Shown here piece after piece: positions 50,680-64,000 of a stretch of 64,000 nucleotides of DNA. The DNA is from Albugo candida (lineage: Eukaryota). How positions within the stretch are numbered: position 1 is the first letter of the stretch; each line of letters opens with the position of its first letter. The stretch lies in assembly GCA_040437565.1 (NCBI GenBank), contig JBDOQK010000018.1, positions 434,001 through 498,000 on the forward strand, read 5' to 3'. The notes under the pieces are model-generated. The model made no database searches, had not been told where the DNA came from, and saw only the letters and a list, made by a program, of their open reading frames with translations. A program made the position numbers and the translations under genes.

Positions 50680-53600
50680 TTAGGAATATGAACTATTCGC
50701 TCGTTTTGACCTGCATGTAATTCCTTTCAGAACAGCAAACTTGCGCTTCTTTGCCTGCTTCCCAAACTTTTTCTGTTCATTTTTGTGCAACTTCCGCCTC
50801 GCAGCTCGTTCTGGATATTGAACCAATTCTTGCTTGCGCTTTGTTTTTCGATCCAATCGAAGTTGATGGATTTTTTGCTGCACAAATGTGTATTTAGGCA
50901 CGAACACGTCGGAGCCAATTTTCTTTTCAAGCAGCTCGACAACCTGATTAGCAAGAAACCGAGGGCTATCCTCGAGCTCGGAGGCAGACTTATTTGCCAA
51001 ATAATCCCCTTTTTCCTTCACATTATCTTGTTCTTGCTGCACACGCACAAGTGCATTCAACATATGAATGAGATAGTCCGAGACGTGTGAGGCATCCAGC
51101 AATTGCGTTATTGCCGCAAAAAGTTTGAATATCGTTGATTGCGCTTGCGCAGACACAGCTCGTACCATGTATGAAAGTCGAGTCATTATCCAGCCAAAAG
51201 ATGTCTGTTTTGCACCGGCGCCATAAAGAATCATATCGTCTGCTTCATCTGTTTCGAAATCTCGAGCCAATAAAGTGGTGTTTTGATTCATGTCGAAAAT
51301 TCGAGCGCATAGCCAAGGTAGAATGCCAAGTATCTCCAACTGCAGGGGATGAGATAGATTGGGTAGAGTCAATAGCTTGATGATTTGTGTGGTGATCTGA
51401 AATAAGTTCTCTTGACTATCCACCCACCTGAGTGATTGAGTGGGACGTATCATTGAACTCGATGAGGTGTCTGCCTTACGATGTCCGATGCTTCTTTTCA
51501 GGTAACCGCTTAAGATTTGGATTGTTGTCAAACGTACCCAAGGATGGGGATACACAACAAGTTCATTTACCAAAAGTTGCAAGAAAGCATCGCATTTTTC
51601 AAGGTAGTGATCCACGTATTTTGGAAACTTGTCCGAGGTCTGTACCATACAATTTAGTACAGAGAATATCACTTGCCAACAAGAGTGTTCTTCGACTTTA
51701 ACGTGAGCTGAATCAATGAATATATCCTCGACTAAAGCTTCGTACGAGTGCGATGTTTTCAAGCAGCATGTTTCGATAAAGCTTTTTGTTCGAGGTAGTA
51801 CGACATCCGGTATGATTCGACTTTTTTCAATGATTTCAGGCCGCGCTTCGACTAAAATTAAAGTCACTTGAGCTGCTGTGCATGCTAAACGATAATCGAA
51901 TGCATTCGTGGCCGGATCAATCGGCGCATTCCACCAGCTGTTGAGTAATATTGTAGTTTGCTGGAGTTCTTGTGCACCTGCACGTCGCAAAAGCACCTGA
52001 ATGACTTGAGCTGCATGCTCACGACAAGTTTTGCTTTCGTCATTGACAAGTCGAAGTACAACAGGTAGCAGCAAGAGCTGAAGATTTTCGTTTACTATCG
52101 GGACGGGAAGTTGCAAACCTAGTGCATGTAGGGCCTGTAGCACTCCAACTCGACCACTTTCGTACTGATAATTCAAGTTTTGCAGTAAAAAGCGAAGCTG
52201 CTGTGTTCGTCTTTTCGGACTCATTGGATAGTGTAAGACGAAAAGAACATATATACTGATACAATGTGTTTTTGCGCTTTGAGGCACGTTTTGTATCAGT
52301 AGTTCCCCCACGCGTTGGATTGTGTCATACATTTCTGATATCAGCAGCTTTCGATCGACTTGACACTTGCTACCATCTGTTTTGCTTTCACAAGACCAGA
52401 GTACCATGGATTTTAGAAGCGCAAAAGTGATCTGTTGATGATCCTGTACTTCTATGTCTGATCGCACAAAGTTGACAAGTACACGCCACTGAGCCTCTGT
52501 GAGTTTGAGCTCGGAGGCTTTCCGATGTCGCAGTAAAGCTGTCATGCAACGATAACATGCTTGCACTGTTTCATCACCAGCTGTCCCTGCTCCTGCCTTT
52601 TGTAAAATCTTGAGAATCCGGTGGATAAGGGGAGAAATTGTGGTTTTGAGAGAAGAGATATCGTCTCGATGGAGAAGCGTCGTCAGGCATCGTAAAGCTT
52701 GGATGACACCACGATCACTCTTGATTTCCGAAATGCAGCGAAATAAAATAAATACAAACGGGTCGACCAAAGACGCTGCAATCTCGTTCGCTGTTGTGGT
52801 AGAGCGGAGTGTATCTGTTAAAATCAGCAGAGCAAAATGAAGAAGTTCCTGAAGTAATCGAGTTCCCAGTTCACCCGATGTATCAATGACAGCACCTTTT
52901 GCGCTCTCCTTATGATTTTTACCATGTGGCACGCAGGTTTTCGTTCCAGGCACTGCATTTTGGAATCGATCAAAGCCTGTCATACGAGGCTGAAGCTGTA
53001 CACGTGCAGCAGATAGCGCATTTACACGAGTCGCAAGCTCCTTGGCCACTGCTTGGCATTTTTCATTCACTTGCCAGGATCGAACACTACAATCTTGATC
53101 GCTTGCATGAGTGTTGATAAGCGTTCGCACATGCTGTTGACGTTCTCCGTCGGTAAGGGGTCGAATTTTCTCGAGTGCTTCCCCCATCACATGATGCACG
53201 TACAAAAGAACGTAAGATTGCTCGGCATTTGCATTCTTACTCAGCCCTCGTGCCATAACTTTGAGTGCNNNNNNNNNNNNNNNNNNNNNNNNNNNNNNNN
53301 NNNNNNNNNNNNNNNNNNNNNNNNNNNNNNNNNNNNNNNNNNNNNNNNNNNNNNNNNNNNNNNNNNNNTTGATAAGCGTTCGCACATGCTGTTGACGTTC
53401 TCCGTCGGTAAGGGGTCGAATTTTCTCGAGTGCTTCCCCCATCACATGATGCACGTACAAAAGAACGTAAGATTGCTCGGCATTTGCATTCTTACTCAGC
53501 CCTCGTGCCATAACTTTGAGTGCATCTCGGAAAATCTGGAGAGCTTTCTCATGACCAGCAGGTTGTGTAACGATAAAGTCCCGATATCTCTGAACCAATG

Positions 53601-56600
53601 AAGTTATCATGATGTGAATACCCATGCTGTTGGGAAGGAAATTTATACATCGTGCAAGCAATTCTAGTGTTTGTAAGCTTGATTCCCCTTTTGCTTCCTT
53701 CATTTTCGATTTGTATTCCGTGCCATCTTGATTGACTCCAGAATTGCGAAATAGATTGGCCATAGTAATTCGAAGTATTCCACTCAGACAATCTTCAAGC
53801 GCGTCTATAGATGGCTCCGTGCCAGCTTGATCCTTGTCAATCCTTTCAGAGAGAATAGAGCAAGGTTTCGCGTAATGAATAAGAGGAAGCGTCTGCTCCA
53901 GAATAGCATGTAATGTGTAGGAAAATACTGGAATCATGTAGCCATCACGCAAGGTATGCTCCAGCTCCTGTACGATAATTCTGAGATATTTTGGCCCCAC
54001 CTCAACAGCGATCTTTGTCAGAGTTTTGCGTGCTGAAGTACGAACTGCTTCATCTCGGCTTCGTAACAGCTTTATGAAAGCGATCAGTAATATCGGAAAT
54101 TCTGCGTCGAACAGCTTCGTCGGATAAAGTTTGTAGACTTTTACCACTGCTAGAGCTAGAGGGATCCGAACTGTGTAATCTCTTCCTTGTTTGGATGCTG
54201 CCAGTTGCATGGCTTCACCCATACTGCGGTTACTATGCAAGGTAGATGATTTTTTCTCTTCACGAGAAGACACCTTCATCATGTACGTCTTCATCATCGG
54301 TACAATTTGCTGGTAAAGCACTTGTTGGATTCGATTCAGGCCAGAAAGCACAGTAATTTTCTGCGACGACTCCGATGGCACGTCTTTATCGCTTGCTATA
54401 GACGGAGCTGAGGTAGCAAGATCGACAGGTAATGAATCCGTAGAAAAGTGGAAATGGTCGACGACAGAACAGACAGTTGCAATAATTGCATTCTCCAACT
54501 CGGAATGTCCGTCGATAGACTTCAGCAATCGTCGTAGTAGAGCAAGATAATTCGTCCAGCCCAGATGTCGGGCCGCTACACCAACACACGTGGAGGCTTG
54601 CTGTTGAATGGATTCCTGGCTCTTACTCTGAGTCTCATAGATAAAGTGCATCATAATCGGAAGTATAAAGTTCTGTATGGTCGAACTCATAAATTTCTGC
54701 GAAGAAAGTATCTGCGTAAGATGCTGGAGTGCTTTCCGGCGTCTATGTAATTGAATATGCACAAGATTATTGTAGATATCAACTTCGGCGTCATCGGGAT
54801 TTCTCAATTTGCACAAATCTTCTCCTGGTACGAATGATAGTGTGTGTAAAGCTTTCATATCGGCAATTGTTGACAGTAGTTGGATGAATCCGTTTCGAGT
54901 CGCTTCAGCATACGATTTCATACTAGAACGAATGCAGGGAATGACAGTGGATTCGAGCACTCGTTGGGCAGTTACTGTACGATGACTGTGGGTCAAGTTC
55001 TCCTGTTGGATGTCGAGCGATAGCTGGGTCGCATCATTACAATAAGTGAGATATTGTTGCATGACAATTTGTGCACTGTGCCGGATGGAGTACTCATTAT
55101 CGTGCATCGAGAACATGAGCTGTGATAGTAAGAGACAGCACGCTGTCGCATCCTGACAGAAATTATCCCAAACCAGCGCCTTCTTCTCTTTCGTGTTCAC
55201 TGCTCCTCTAAGTTTCTCAAGTGCTGTCATACGTCGTTCGAAATCAATTTCTTCGATTTTAGACGGGTCAAAAGCATTCAAATCATCAATAAGACCAATA
55301 GCTTTGATAAGTTGAAGGGATATCTTGGATCCATTTTGCACAAAAGAGGTCAGAATATTGACCAGACTTTTGCGTATTGGTCGCTGTTGTAGGCAATCCG
55401 GGCCAGGAATCAAGTGCTTTGATATAGGTGCTAAATATTTGTTCATTTGATCACCAAGAAGAGGCACAAGCCTTCCAAGTAGTGTCAATATGTGTTCCTT
55501 GTCTTCCACTGATGTATGATGATTACGCTGCAAGAAAGGCAAGAGGAGTTGGAAAAGATTACTGGCGAACACGATTGTATTCTGAGGTACTGAACCAGAT
55601 AGAAAGAGGTCCGATAATCGACACAAGAAGCTGAATTCTTTTCTGGACGAGCCAGCATATTTGGTCTCGTTATATCGTTTCGTCTTGCTTTCAAAACGAG
55701 CTACAAATTGATCCATTACCACGGGTAGTAGTGGTAGTAGCTGAAGCTCTGACACATCCGTTTCTGCTTGCAGCTTGATTCGATCCGAATCAATCAGAAT
55801 TTCCATGAAAGATAATATTGAGNNNNNNNNNNNNNNNNNNNNNNNNNNNNNNNNNNNNNNNNNNNNNNNNNNNNNNNNNNNNNNNNNNNNNNNNNNNNNN
55901 NNNNNNNNNNNNNNNNNNNNNNCAGCATATTTGGTCTCGTTATATCGTTTCGTCTTGCTTTCAAAACGAGCTACAAATTGATCCATTACCACGGGTAGTA
56001 GTGGTAGTAGCTGAAGCTCTGACACATCCGTTTCTGCTTGCAGCTTGATTCGATCCGAATCAATCAGAATTTCCATGAAAGATAATATTGAGCTGAAAAT
56101 CTCAGGTGCCAATTCATTATATGTCTTTCCAGAGCTGTATTGACAAGAGATACAAGTGATCACATCAGAAATCACATTCTGAGGAAGTCTTCTGCCACTC
56201 TGTCGGGTAGTTTTGGCTAAGACAAGGAGCAATTCGAGCAGCACCGGAGTTTTATCCGCTCCAATGATTGTTTTACCAAGGTGAGTGATCGATGGATACA
56301 ATAAGTCAATCAGTTTGGTATTCCAATCGTCAAGCCGTATTCCATACGAAGAAAAAGAAGCATCGAATTGTTCCAAAAGCTGACAGTATCTGCGTAAGAC
56401 AAGTGCCCGACACTGCTTTTTATAGTCATTCGTGTTTGTACGAGTCTCAATGGGTATCTCTTCTACTGATTCACATTCTGTATTCCGATTCCCGACATCC
56501 AAACAAGTGGAATCATTCTCAATAATCACGTTTACTGGATCGTCTTTTTCTCGAAGAGCTTCCCGTAGTAGAGAAACCAGTAGGCTAGCAATCATTGATA

Positions 56601-59600
56601 TAAATGGAGCAAGACTTACACCAAGCTGCGTAAGTACGTCTTCCAACATATTCAAAAAACCGAGCTTTTTTGAAAGAGAAACTTCAGAGACGTCATATTC
56701 CTGATAGCTCTGTACCAATAGGTCGTCCACACTGGTAAAAGGTCGAACGGTCAAAGCTATAAAGTGACTCAACTCAGAGGTTTCCAAGGCTGAGATATAG
56801 GTCAGAATAGCAGCTCGACGAGCCGCAACCGTATCTCCCTTATTTCTTCCTTTCTTGCTAACACACTTTGCATACAGAAGGCGACATAACACTGGCAGCA
56901 GCTGTGATCGATGTTCCTGTAAAAGATTGCCTGCGTCTTTTTGCGCAGAAAACACTGTCAAGGTGTCTCTAAATGTTGCATCTTCCACCACTTTGTCGAT
57001 ATACTCCTTGTAAGGCATCATATATCCAAAATTGAATGTGTAAAGACATTTCAGCGCAAGTTTTGATACCATTGCATCAGCCTTCATGATCCATAAAAGA
57101 AAAAGTGTATGTAGAGTTCCTTGACCGAAAGCTCCTCTCATATTCTTGAATAGAGCGAAAACTCTCAGAAAATCCAGTAGTTTCGTTCGAATCTCGGGAG
57201 TTTTCATCGACCATTTTGGCGTGAAAGCTCCAGGGTTGAGCCAATCGATACTTATAAGTGACTCCGTTCTTTTTGAATTGGTATTCTGAATAGCTGCTTG
57301 CATTTCCGATAAGCAGGTCGATTCGATTTCGTCAGTGTACACCGTGACGTACTGATCACGAAGGAAGGCAAAGAACAGCGAGGAGAAATACCTTGTTTTT
57401 GTTTCAACGATATCGGAAAGGGGATGGAGAGCATCAAAGAGGATCGAATGATGCTTCGAGAGATCCGTTATCTGGTCCGGTACTGGTATTTGCATCTCTA
57501 GTTCAATCAATGTATAAAATTCCTTCATCGATACATCTTTTATCGTGCGTGAGTCGATGATCTTTGCTTCATTGCCAGAATGCTGTTGCAATGAAACTCT
57601 GCATAATTCTGTAGCCAAAAGTGGCCATAGCTCGTTTGCGTGTGTACGGACGCAAACTCCTATGACTTGTGCTATATGTGTCCAAATCGAGGCAAACTTA
57701 ACATGATACAGTCCAAACATGTGCAAGAGTGCGATGTGTTTATAAAGAATTGGCGTCTCTTTCTTGCCGCACAAAACCTTTAAGCGATTGAGCAACCGTA
57801 CAATCTCCCGCTCGTTCTCAATACTGACACTACCACAAATCTCTTCGAGAGAATGACAAAGTTCCACCAGATTACACGCTCCAATAAGACCACAAGCTGA
57901 TGTTGACGCAGAATCTTGCTCAAGTATGTCGAGAAAATCCAGTGGCTCGAATGCATTCAGCAGTTCTAGTGTCACAAAGCGTATCACGTGAATCGGTGAT
58001 CGAAGGTTGTTCGAAACGAATGGAAAAAACTGTTCGAGCTGATTCATTGGCAGGACAGCTCGCTGATTCTTGGAAGAATCCTTCAGCAATTGCGCAACAA
58101 ATGATATGACAGAGTAAGATTCCGCCACGTTTGATTGTAATCTTGGCATAATGGCTTGGACAGCAGACACTGCATCCGTACAAGAAACTTTAAGACGCCA
58201 CAATTCGGTCAAAATCGCGTTTTTTAAAGGATTTGACCGACCAGCATTATCTGCTATCTTTGCGAACGCCATGACATTTTTTGAATTAAGAAAACATTCT
58301 AAATCATCGCGTTCGATAGAGAACAGTGACATGACTTTGAGCGTTCTCCACGGTAGCAACCATTGTGTCATACTCGACATATCAAGCCCATTTATCGTGG
58401 TATCGACAGGAAGTCGCGCAAGAAGCTGCTCTGCCCGTTGAACTAACAAACCTCTGATATCTGTACTTACACTTTGCATCGGTGCCTTCAAGTATAAACG
58501 GTCATTGATGTACTCGACGCAATCCCATCCTTTACATGAAAACGTTTCTTTGTGCGCCAGAAGAAAATCATAAAGTCGGCAAAGCAGAAATGCCACAGGC
58601 GTTGAATCGCAAACACTCTCCTGGTTGAATGCCTCACAAGCCATTTCCAATGCAGAGGGAAGAAAGATACTCCAAAAGGGAACCTGACTCGCGCTCATAT
58701 CTCCATGTTGACTAACTTTACTGAGTACATAGTCTGTGAGCTGTGCCTTCCAAAAGCCCGCAACATTTCTATCTGTGTCCTTAGCAAGCGAGAAAGTTGC
58801 TACGATCTGGGATCTAGTGCTCGAAACTGACTCATCATCGGTATGAAATCGCCACCATACGGCATCACAAAGTGTGAGCATTGATACTTTTGCTNNNNNN
58901 NNNNNNNNNNNNNNNNNNNNNNNNNNNNNNNNNNNNNNNNNNNNNNNNNNNNNNNNNNNNNNNNNNNNNNNNNNNNNNNNNNNNNNNNNNNNNNGACTCA
59001 TCATCGGTATGAAATCGCCACCATACGGCATCACAAAGTGTGAGCATTGATACTTTTGCTACTTTGTTTCCGACTCGTAAAAGTTGTAAATTATCCAAAA
59101 ACATGAAGTTTGAGAGAAAATCTCGCACTTTGTGGCTGTGCCTTTCGGAAATATGACGCCCGGATCGATATTTAATCCACGATCGATACAAATCCAGCAA
59201 TTGACTAATGTATATCCAGAAATCATCGATGGATTCATCTTCCATTTTGTTGTGCATTGCTTGCCTCTCCTTGAGTAAAACTTTCTCATAAACTTCGCAG
59301 ACGTAGCTTGCATTGAATTCATTTGTATGTTCTTTCATTGCATTATTGATGCGCTGGATTATGTCGAGTAGAAAAAGCTTCTTTTGAGTAGCTGTTCCAC
59401 CCTTCGTATCTGATGAATCAGATCGTAATAACCGTAGTAATAAGTGAAAAATATCACTCATTCTTGAATGAAAGCCGCAATTGATACCACGTACAAGTTC
59501 AAAAACAAGTTTTGCTGTCCCGTCACGCAAATAGTCATTCTCTATCCCTGTACCACGTGTGAGGGCAACAAAGTAAGCCTGTAGATACTTCCGCACATGC

Positions 59601-60623
59601 TTTGCTGACTCCATGCGACGAAGCAAGGTTGCAAATGTCTGAGCAGCGAATTCGCGAACAAATGTTCTGTGATGGCCTAAAAAAGAAAAATAGAACTGCT
59701 GGATAGAGCCCATGTCATCCAGTAACTGTGTACGAAACAGCGCAAAAAGCGTTGCTAGTGTCTTAAACACTTGAGTGGTGAGCTCTGGCTGGATAAAAGC
59801 ATATTAGGAGCAGTTGATGATGCAATATCATAAGCACGTACGTTCTTGGTGTCTATGATGGCAAGAATAGCAGGTAAAAGCCCAGGAAAATGAGGATAAC
59901 ACTCGTTCTGAACTTCCCTCGCANNNNNNNNNNNNNNNNNNNNNNNNNNNNNNNNNNNNNNNNNNNNNNNNNNNNNNNNNNNNNNNNNNNNNNNNNNNNN
60001 NNNNNNNNNNNNNNNNNNNNNNNACACTTGAGTGGTGAGCTCTGGCTGGATAAAAGCATATTAGGAGCAGTTGATGATGCAATATCATAAGCACGTACGT
60101 TCTTGGTGTCTATGATGGCAAGAATAGCAGGTAAAAGCCCAGGAAAATGAGGATAACACTCGTTCTGAACTTCCCTCGCAAGTGCGACAATAAGCTTAAG
60201 TATTGCTATAACACACATCGTCCTTGTTGCTTGATCTTCCATCTCAATTGGTTTAGCTACATCAGAACTATGCATTTCACTTTCCACACTATTACTCGAT
60301 ACTTCTAGTGCACTGAGTAAACACTGGACGACGAACGGAAGATGATGTAAAAGTTGCGCTGTTGTTTGCACGACTGAGTACATCTCATGCACAATCACTT
60401 GAAAGGAAGAAATCGGTACCAATTCTGCTTGTAGCAGTAGCTCTTCGTTGAATGACAGAGTTGCATAGTCTGATTGAGTCGTTGCGTCCGTGTTGAGAGT
60501 TAGCGCACTTTTTTTTGAGTGAATAAGGAGGTCAGATTTGAGCTCTTGGACACGCTCATTAATTTTCTTAAATCGATGACGACATTTCTTAAACGCTTTT
60601 GGCTTGATTGTTGATTTTACCAT
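50680..60623 (-). CDS. UTP20: U3 snoRNP-associated HEAT-repeat protein UTP20 (SSU processome)
   Basis: ~10 kb helical-repeat ORF. N-terminal HRFKKINERV, then FVREFAAQTFATLLRR, NLVHIQLHRRRKAL, NLNYQYESGR, YPHPWVR and C-terminal KRKQELVQYPERAARRKLHKN. It is broken only by four N-gaps with duplicated flanks and one short 5' intron. Confidence 0.9.
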
Positions 60624-60734
60624 TGCGATTCGGATTGTATGGTGCGATTTGGCTGGTACTGTGCGACCGAACGTAAAACGAACCTACGTGTCAAACGTAC
60701 ATTAAGTACCTGAGCCACGACCTTTCATGCTACC

Positions 60735-63700
60735 ATGTCGATTGGCCTTGAGATAGCGCATGTGTTTGGATACGGGGGTGTGGGATTGCATATGGTTGAT
60801 GAAGATAGAATTATGCATTCCTGTGGTAATAATATCAAAATTCAGTCACTCAAAAATCATTCTCAGCAAATTCTGTCTCGTTCCAATTCACGTCCAGTTG
60901 TGACGATAGAGTACAGTCATAGGACCTCTTTGATCGCGCTCACTCAGCGTGAAAGTCATTTATATGTATACCTTTATAGTACGAAGGAAAAAGGTTTAGT
61001 AAAAAAACTGCAATGGCCAAAAAGTATCACCATTTGCGATGATGCAAGGCACTTGGCTGAAATCTCTCACGTGTGCTTTTCAAGTTGTGGAAGAAGACTT
61101 GCCGCTTTCAAAAAAGAACTCCAGAGCGATAGCTTGGTTGAGCTGTGTATTTGGGATATAATGGAACAGTTTATAATAGTGCAATTGGATATAGATATGA
61201 TTCAAACACTTGCTATATTCTCATTTGATCCCCATAATGTGAGTCACTTACTAACCGGAACGGAAAAAGGACTAGAAATATGGTACTTTTACCGAACAGA
61301 TGCTTCGTGCACACACATACGTAAAACAATGAATCTTTCACATGCAAGAGAACGTAATAATGATTCTCCTGATAAAATTGGACTGCATGAACGCAGAAAT
61401 CAAGCGATCAGTCATTGTTGGCTCTCTGACAAAGATGTTCTGGTCGGAAATAAAGCCGGGGAACTGGTACACATCGAACTATCAAGATCAGAGACCCAAC
61501 CAGTTTTGATTCCTGTAGCCACTCGGGCAGAAAACCCCAACATTATCTCAATTGTGCATGTCAATACGTATATTCTGCTCACCTACACCGATGGAGTTCT
61601 TTACTGGGTACGGATGAATGACTACCAAATTCTACATACAGCAAACATGTTCAATGAGAATGATTCTTTTGCGTCAGAACAGCCTACAAGAAGTGTAGTT
61701 TCGGTTGCACCGTCTCCAGAGAAGACTATTATTACTATCGGTACTAACGGAGGTCACATATTTACAGTTAGAACCGATATACCGAAAAAAGAAATTGAAG
61801 ACGATGAAGTGGTGGCGGGATTCACTGAAAATGAGGATCTCAATGCACGTGAAACTGACGCTGTATCGAGTAAATTGATTTTATCTCGTGGGTTGTTTCA
61901 TACCGGGGCGATTTGTGCTGCTGCTGTCCTCACTCCTTGTCGAAGTAATTACGAGGATGATATTATATGTGTGACTGGAGGAGAACGCGGAATCCTTTTC
62001 TTGTGGGATATTTGTATGGGTAGGATTCTGCATGGAATTAGTTTGGCATCTCTTGTTTGTCCATACTCAATTCCAGCAGACGCGTCCGATGACAGCGCGG
62101 CGTATGCGAGCACATACCTGAAATCTTGCCAGGCTGTCATCACGGCTCTAGACGCTCGCGTCACAGATCCCATAATACTTGTTGGTGACAGTATGGGTAT
62201 CGTCCGAGTCGTATATGCCAGCACTAGAGTTGAAGAAACCGAAAACGGATCAAAGTCGATAGAATTGGAACTGCTACACTCAGTACATTTGTTTCATTCT
62301 CTGATCGATCTGATTCAAATTCATCANNNNNNNNNNNNNNNNNNNNNNNNNNNNNNNNNNNNNNNNNNNNNNNNNNNNNNNNNNNNNNNNNNNNNNNNNN
62401 NNNNNNNNNNNNNNNNNNNNNNNNNNTCCATACTCAATTCCAGCAGACGCGTCCGATGACAGCGCGGCGTATGCGAGCACATACCTGAAATCTTGCCAGG
62501 CTGTCATCACGGCTCTAGACGCTCGCGTCACAGATCCCATAATACTTGTTGGTGACAGTATGGGTATCGTCCGAGTCGTATATGCCAGCACTAGAGTTGA
62601 AGAAACCGAAAACGGATCAAAGTCGATAGAATTGGAACTGCTACACTCAGTACATTTGTTTCATTCTCTGATCGATCTGATTCAAATTCATCATACCGAA
62701 CCTTTCTCGCTTATAACATCGACTTGTAGTGACATAGTCTATATTTTGTCCCTCGACGATAACAGTGTGTTCGAGATCGTGGCTTTTTGGAAGGTACCTC
62801 TCGGATCTTCGAGTCATAACGATAATGATACATGCACAGATGTACATTGGATTCCAACTGATCATCACAATGAATCATCTCTTGCGTTTATATGCCTGAC
62901 TATGCAAGGAAGAATACACGAAGTGCATTACGTCCCACAAGAGTCAAATGGTATAAATGCATCGACTTCTCGAACAGTAGAATTCTCCGATTTGCTCATG
63001 CAGCGATGTCCTGCTCAGCTGAAAGAAGAGATGGTCGCTACTAGCCACTCAGCTTCTCAAATTGATGCCACATCAACCAAGAAGAATTGTATTATCTTGC
63101 AGCCGATCAAAATTGCTCCCTTAGGATTTATGCTCTCGATAACACCATACCGGAACGATTTGATGCTATGGCAATATAAAAGTAAAGGTCGAGATGCGAA
63201 TAGAAACGATATCTCCCAGGACGTTCTCCCTGAAATAATTGAAGTCAAACACAAGATCATTGTGAAGGATGCACATGACAATGGGGTAACAGCAATTGCA
63301 TCGTTTCAATCGGCATGTTTCGGAAAAAAACAAGAGATTGTTGCAACTGGCAGCGTGAATGGTATAATTAATCTTTGGACGATATCCGACTTACCTATGG
63401 ACAAAGCGGATAGTGCCTTTCATGCTTCTAAACTCGATGACTTTAGGTTAGTGAAACGAAAAACGATTTCTGCTCACGCTGGTGCAGTNNNNNNNNNNNN
63501 NNNNNNNNNNNNNNNNNNNNNNNNNNNNNNNNNNNNNNNNNNNNNNNNNNNNNNNNNNNNNNNNNNNNNNNNNNNNNNNNNNNNNNNNACGACTTTGAAA
63601 TTCGTCTGCTTAAACAATGGATTACGGCTCATTTCAACTGGCAGTGACGGCGCGGTTTTAATCATACATGCACACATTTCAAATTTTGATGAAAAAAATT

Positions 63701-64000
63701 TTGGACGACTCCAGCCTAGCACTACTCGACAGAACCTTGCACGAGATGCTGCTAGCATAAGATCGAGAAAAATCAATAACGATGAAGGCAACGAAATTCA
63801 GGAAAGAGTACCCGTCAAATTTTTCAGCATGGGAAATGAATGTTTCACCAGTCGGTTACACGAAGAACTTGAATGTATCAGGCGAAGTCGAATCGATTCA
63901 GCAAAAGTAGATACACGACTTAGGTTAAGCGTTTTGAAGACAAGATTGGAACAACTGGTGAATGAAAATCGATCATATCCTGAGCAGGAGCAACTTGATA
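60735..64000 (+). CDS. CFAP43: Cilia- and flagella-associated WD40 protein, CFAP43-like; continues beyond the window
   Basis: N-terminus HVFGY..LHMVDEDRIMHSCGNNIKI...IALTQRESHLYVYLYS resembles the CFAP43 start. WD40 repeats follow (ATGSVNG, STGSDGAV), then a coiled coil LEQLVNENRSYPEQEQLD. CFAP44 is the alternative assignment. Confidence 0.7.

Larger units (their letters stand above)
2092..63588. other. Fourteen 100-N scaffold gaps, most flanked by exact duplicated sequence
   Basis: Gaps start at about 2092, 5698, 22513, 24290, 28295, 29550, 36354, 38385, 53269, 55823, 58895, 59924, 62327 and 63489. Sequence after the gap repeats the sequence before it verbatim in all but about 28295 and 63489. 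Confidence 0.95.

Noticed and set aside
6970-58441. Numerous 60-180 aa antisense or alternative-frame ORFs overlapping the large genes
   Set aside because: Shadow ORFs with no recognisable motifs.
53113-62690. Internal repeats and frameshifts in UTP20 and CFAP43
   Set aside because: Each coincides with an N-gap and an exact flank duplication; not real repeats or pseudogenisation.

Overview
This is eukaryotic, gene-dense DNA with short GT-AG introns of about 50-70 nt. Gene content points to an oomycete, probably Albugo-like (inference): a 7TM-INPP4 fusion, mitochondrial HslV, flagellar CFAP43 and Inr/FPR-like core promoters. Intact genes, in order: a chromodomain/RS-rich/YhhN-like membrane protein; a ~1.67k-aa low-complexity protein with C-terminal V-x-T-x-[YF]-G-x-G repeats; a GPCR-INPP4 fusion; the PKA regulatory subunit; HslV; striatin; three acid-sphingomyelinase-like metallophosphoesterase paralogues; a 2OG-Fe(II) oxygenase; stomatin-like protein 2; UTP20; CFAP43 (runs off the window). 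The 22-46.5 kb interval is an old ~11.5 kb tandem segmental duplication undergoing birth-and-death. It holds a fourth pseudogenised phosphoesterase, striatin and FYVE remnants, a conserved heat-shock-element-like promoter array, and a tRNA-derived SINE carrying a nested LINE 3' fragment. Most of the fourteen 100-N gaps are flanked by exact duplications, which are assembly artefacts. All calls come from reading the sequence by eye; no searches were run.
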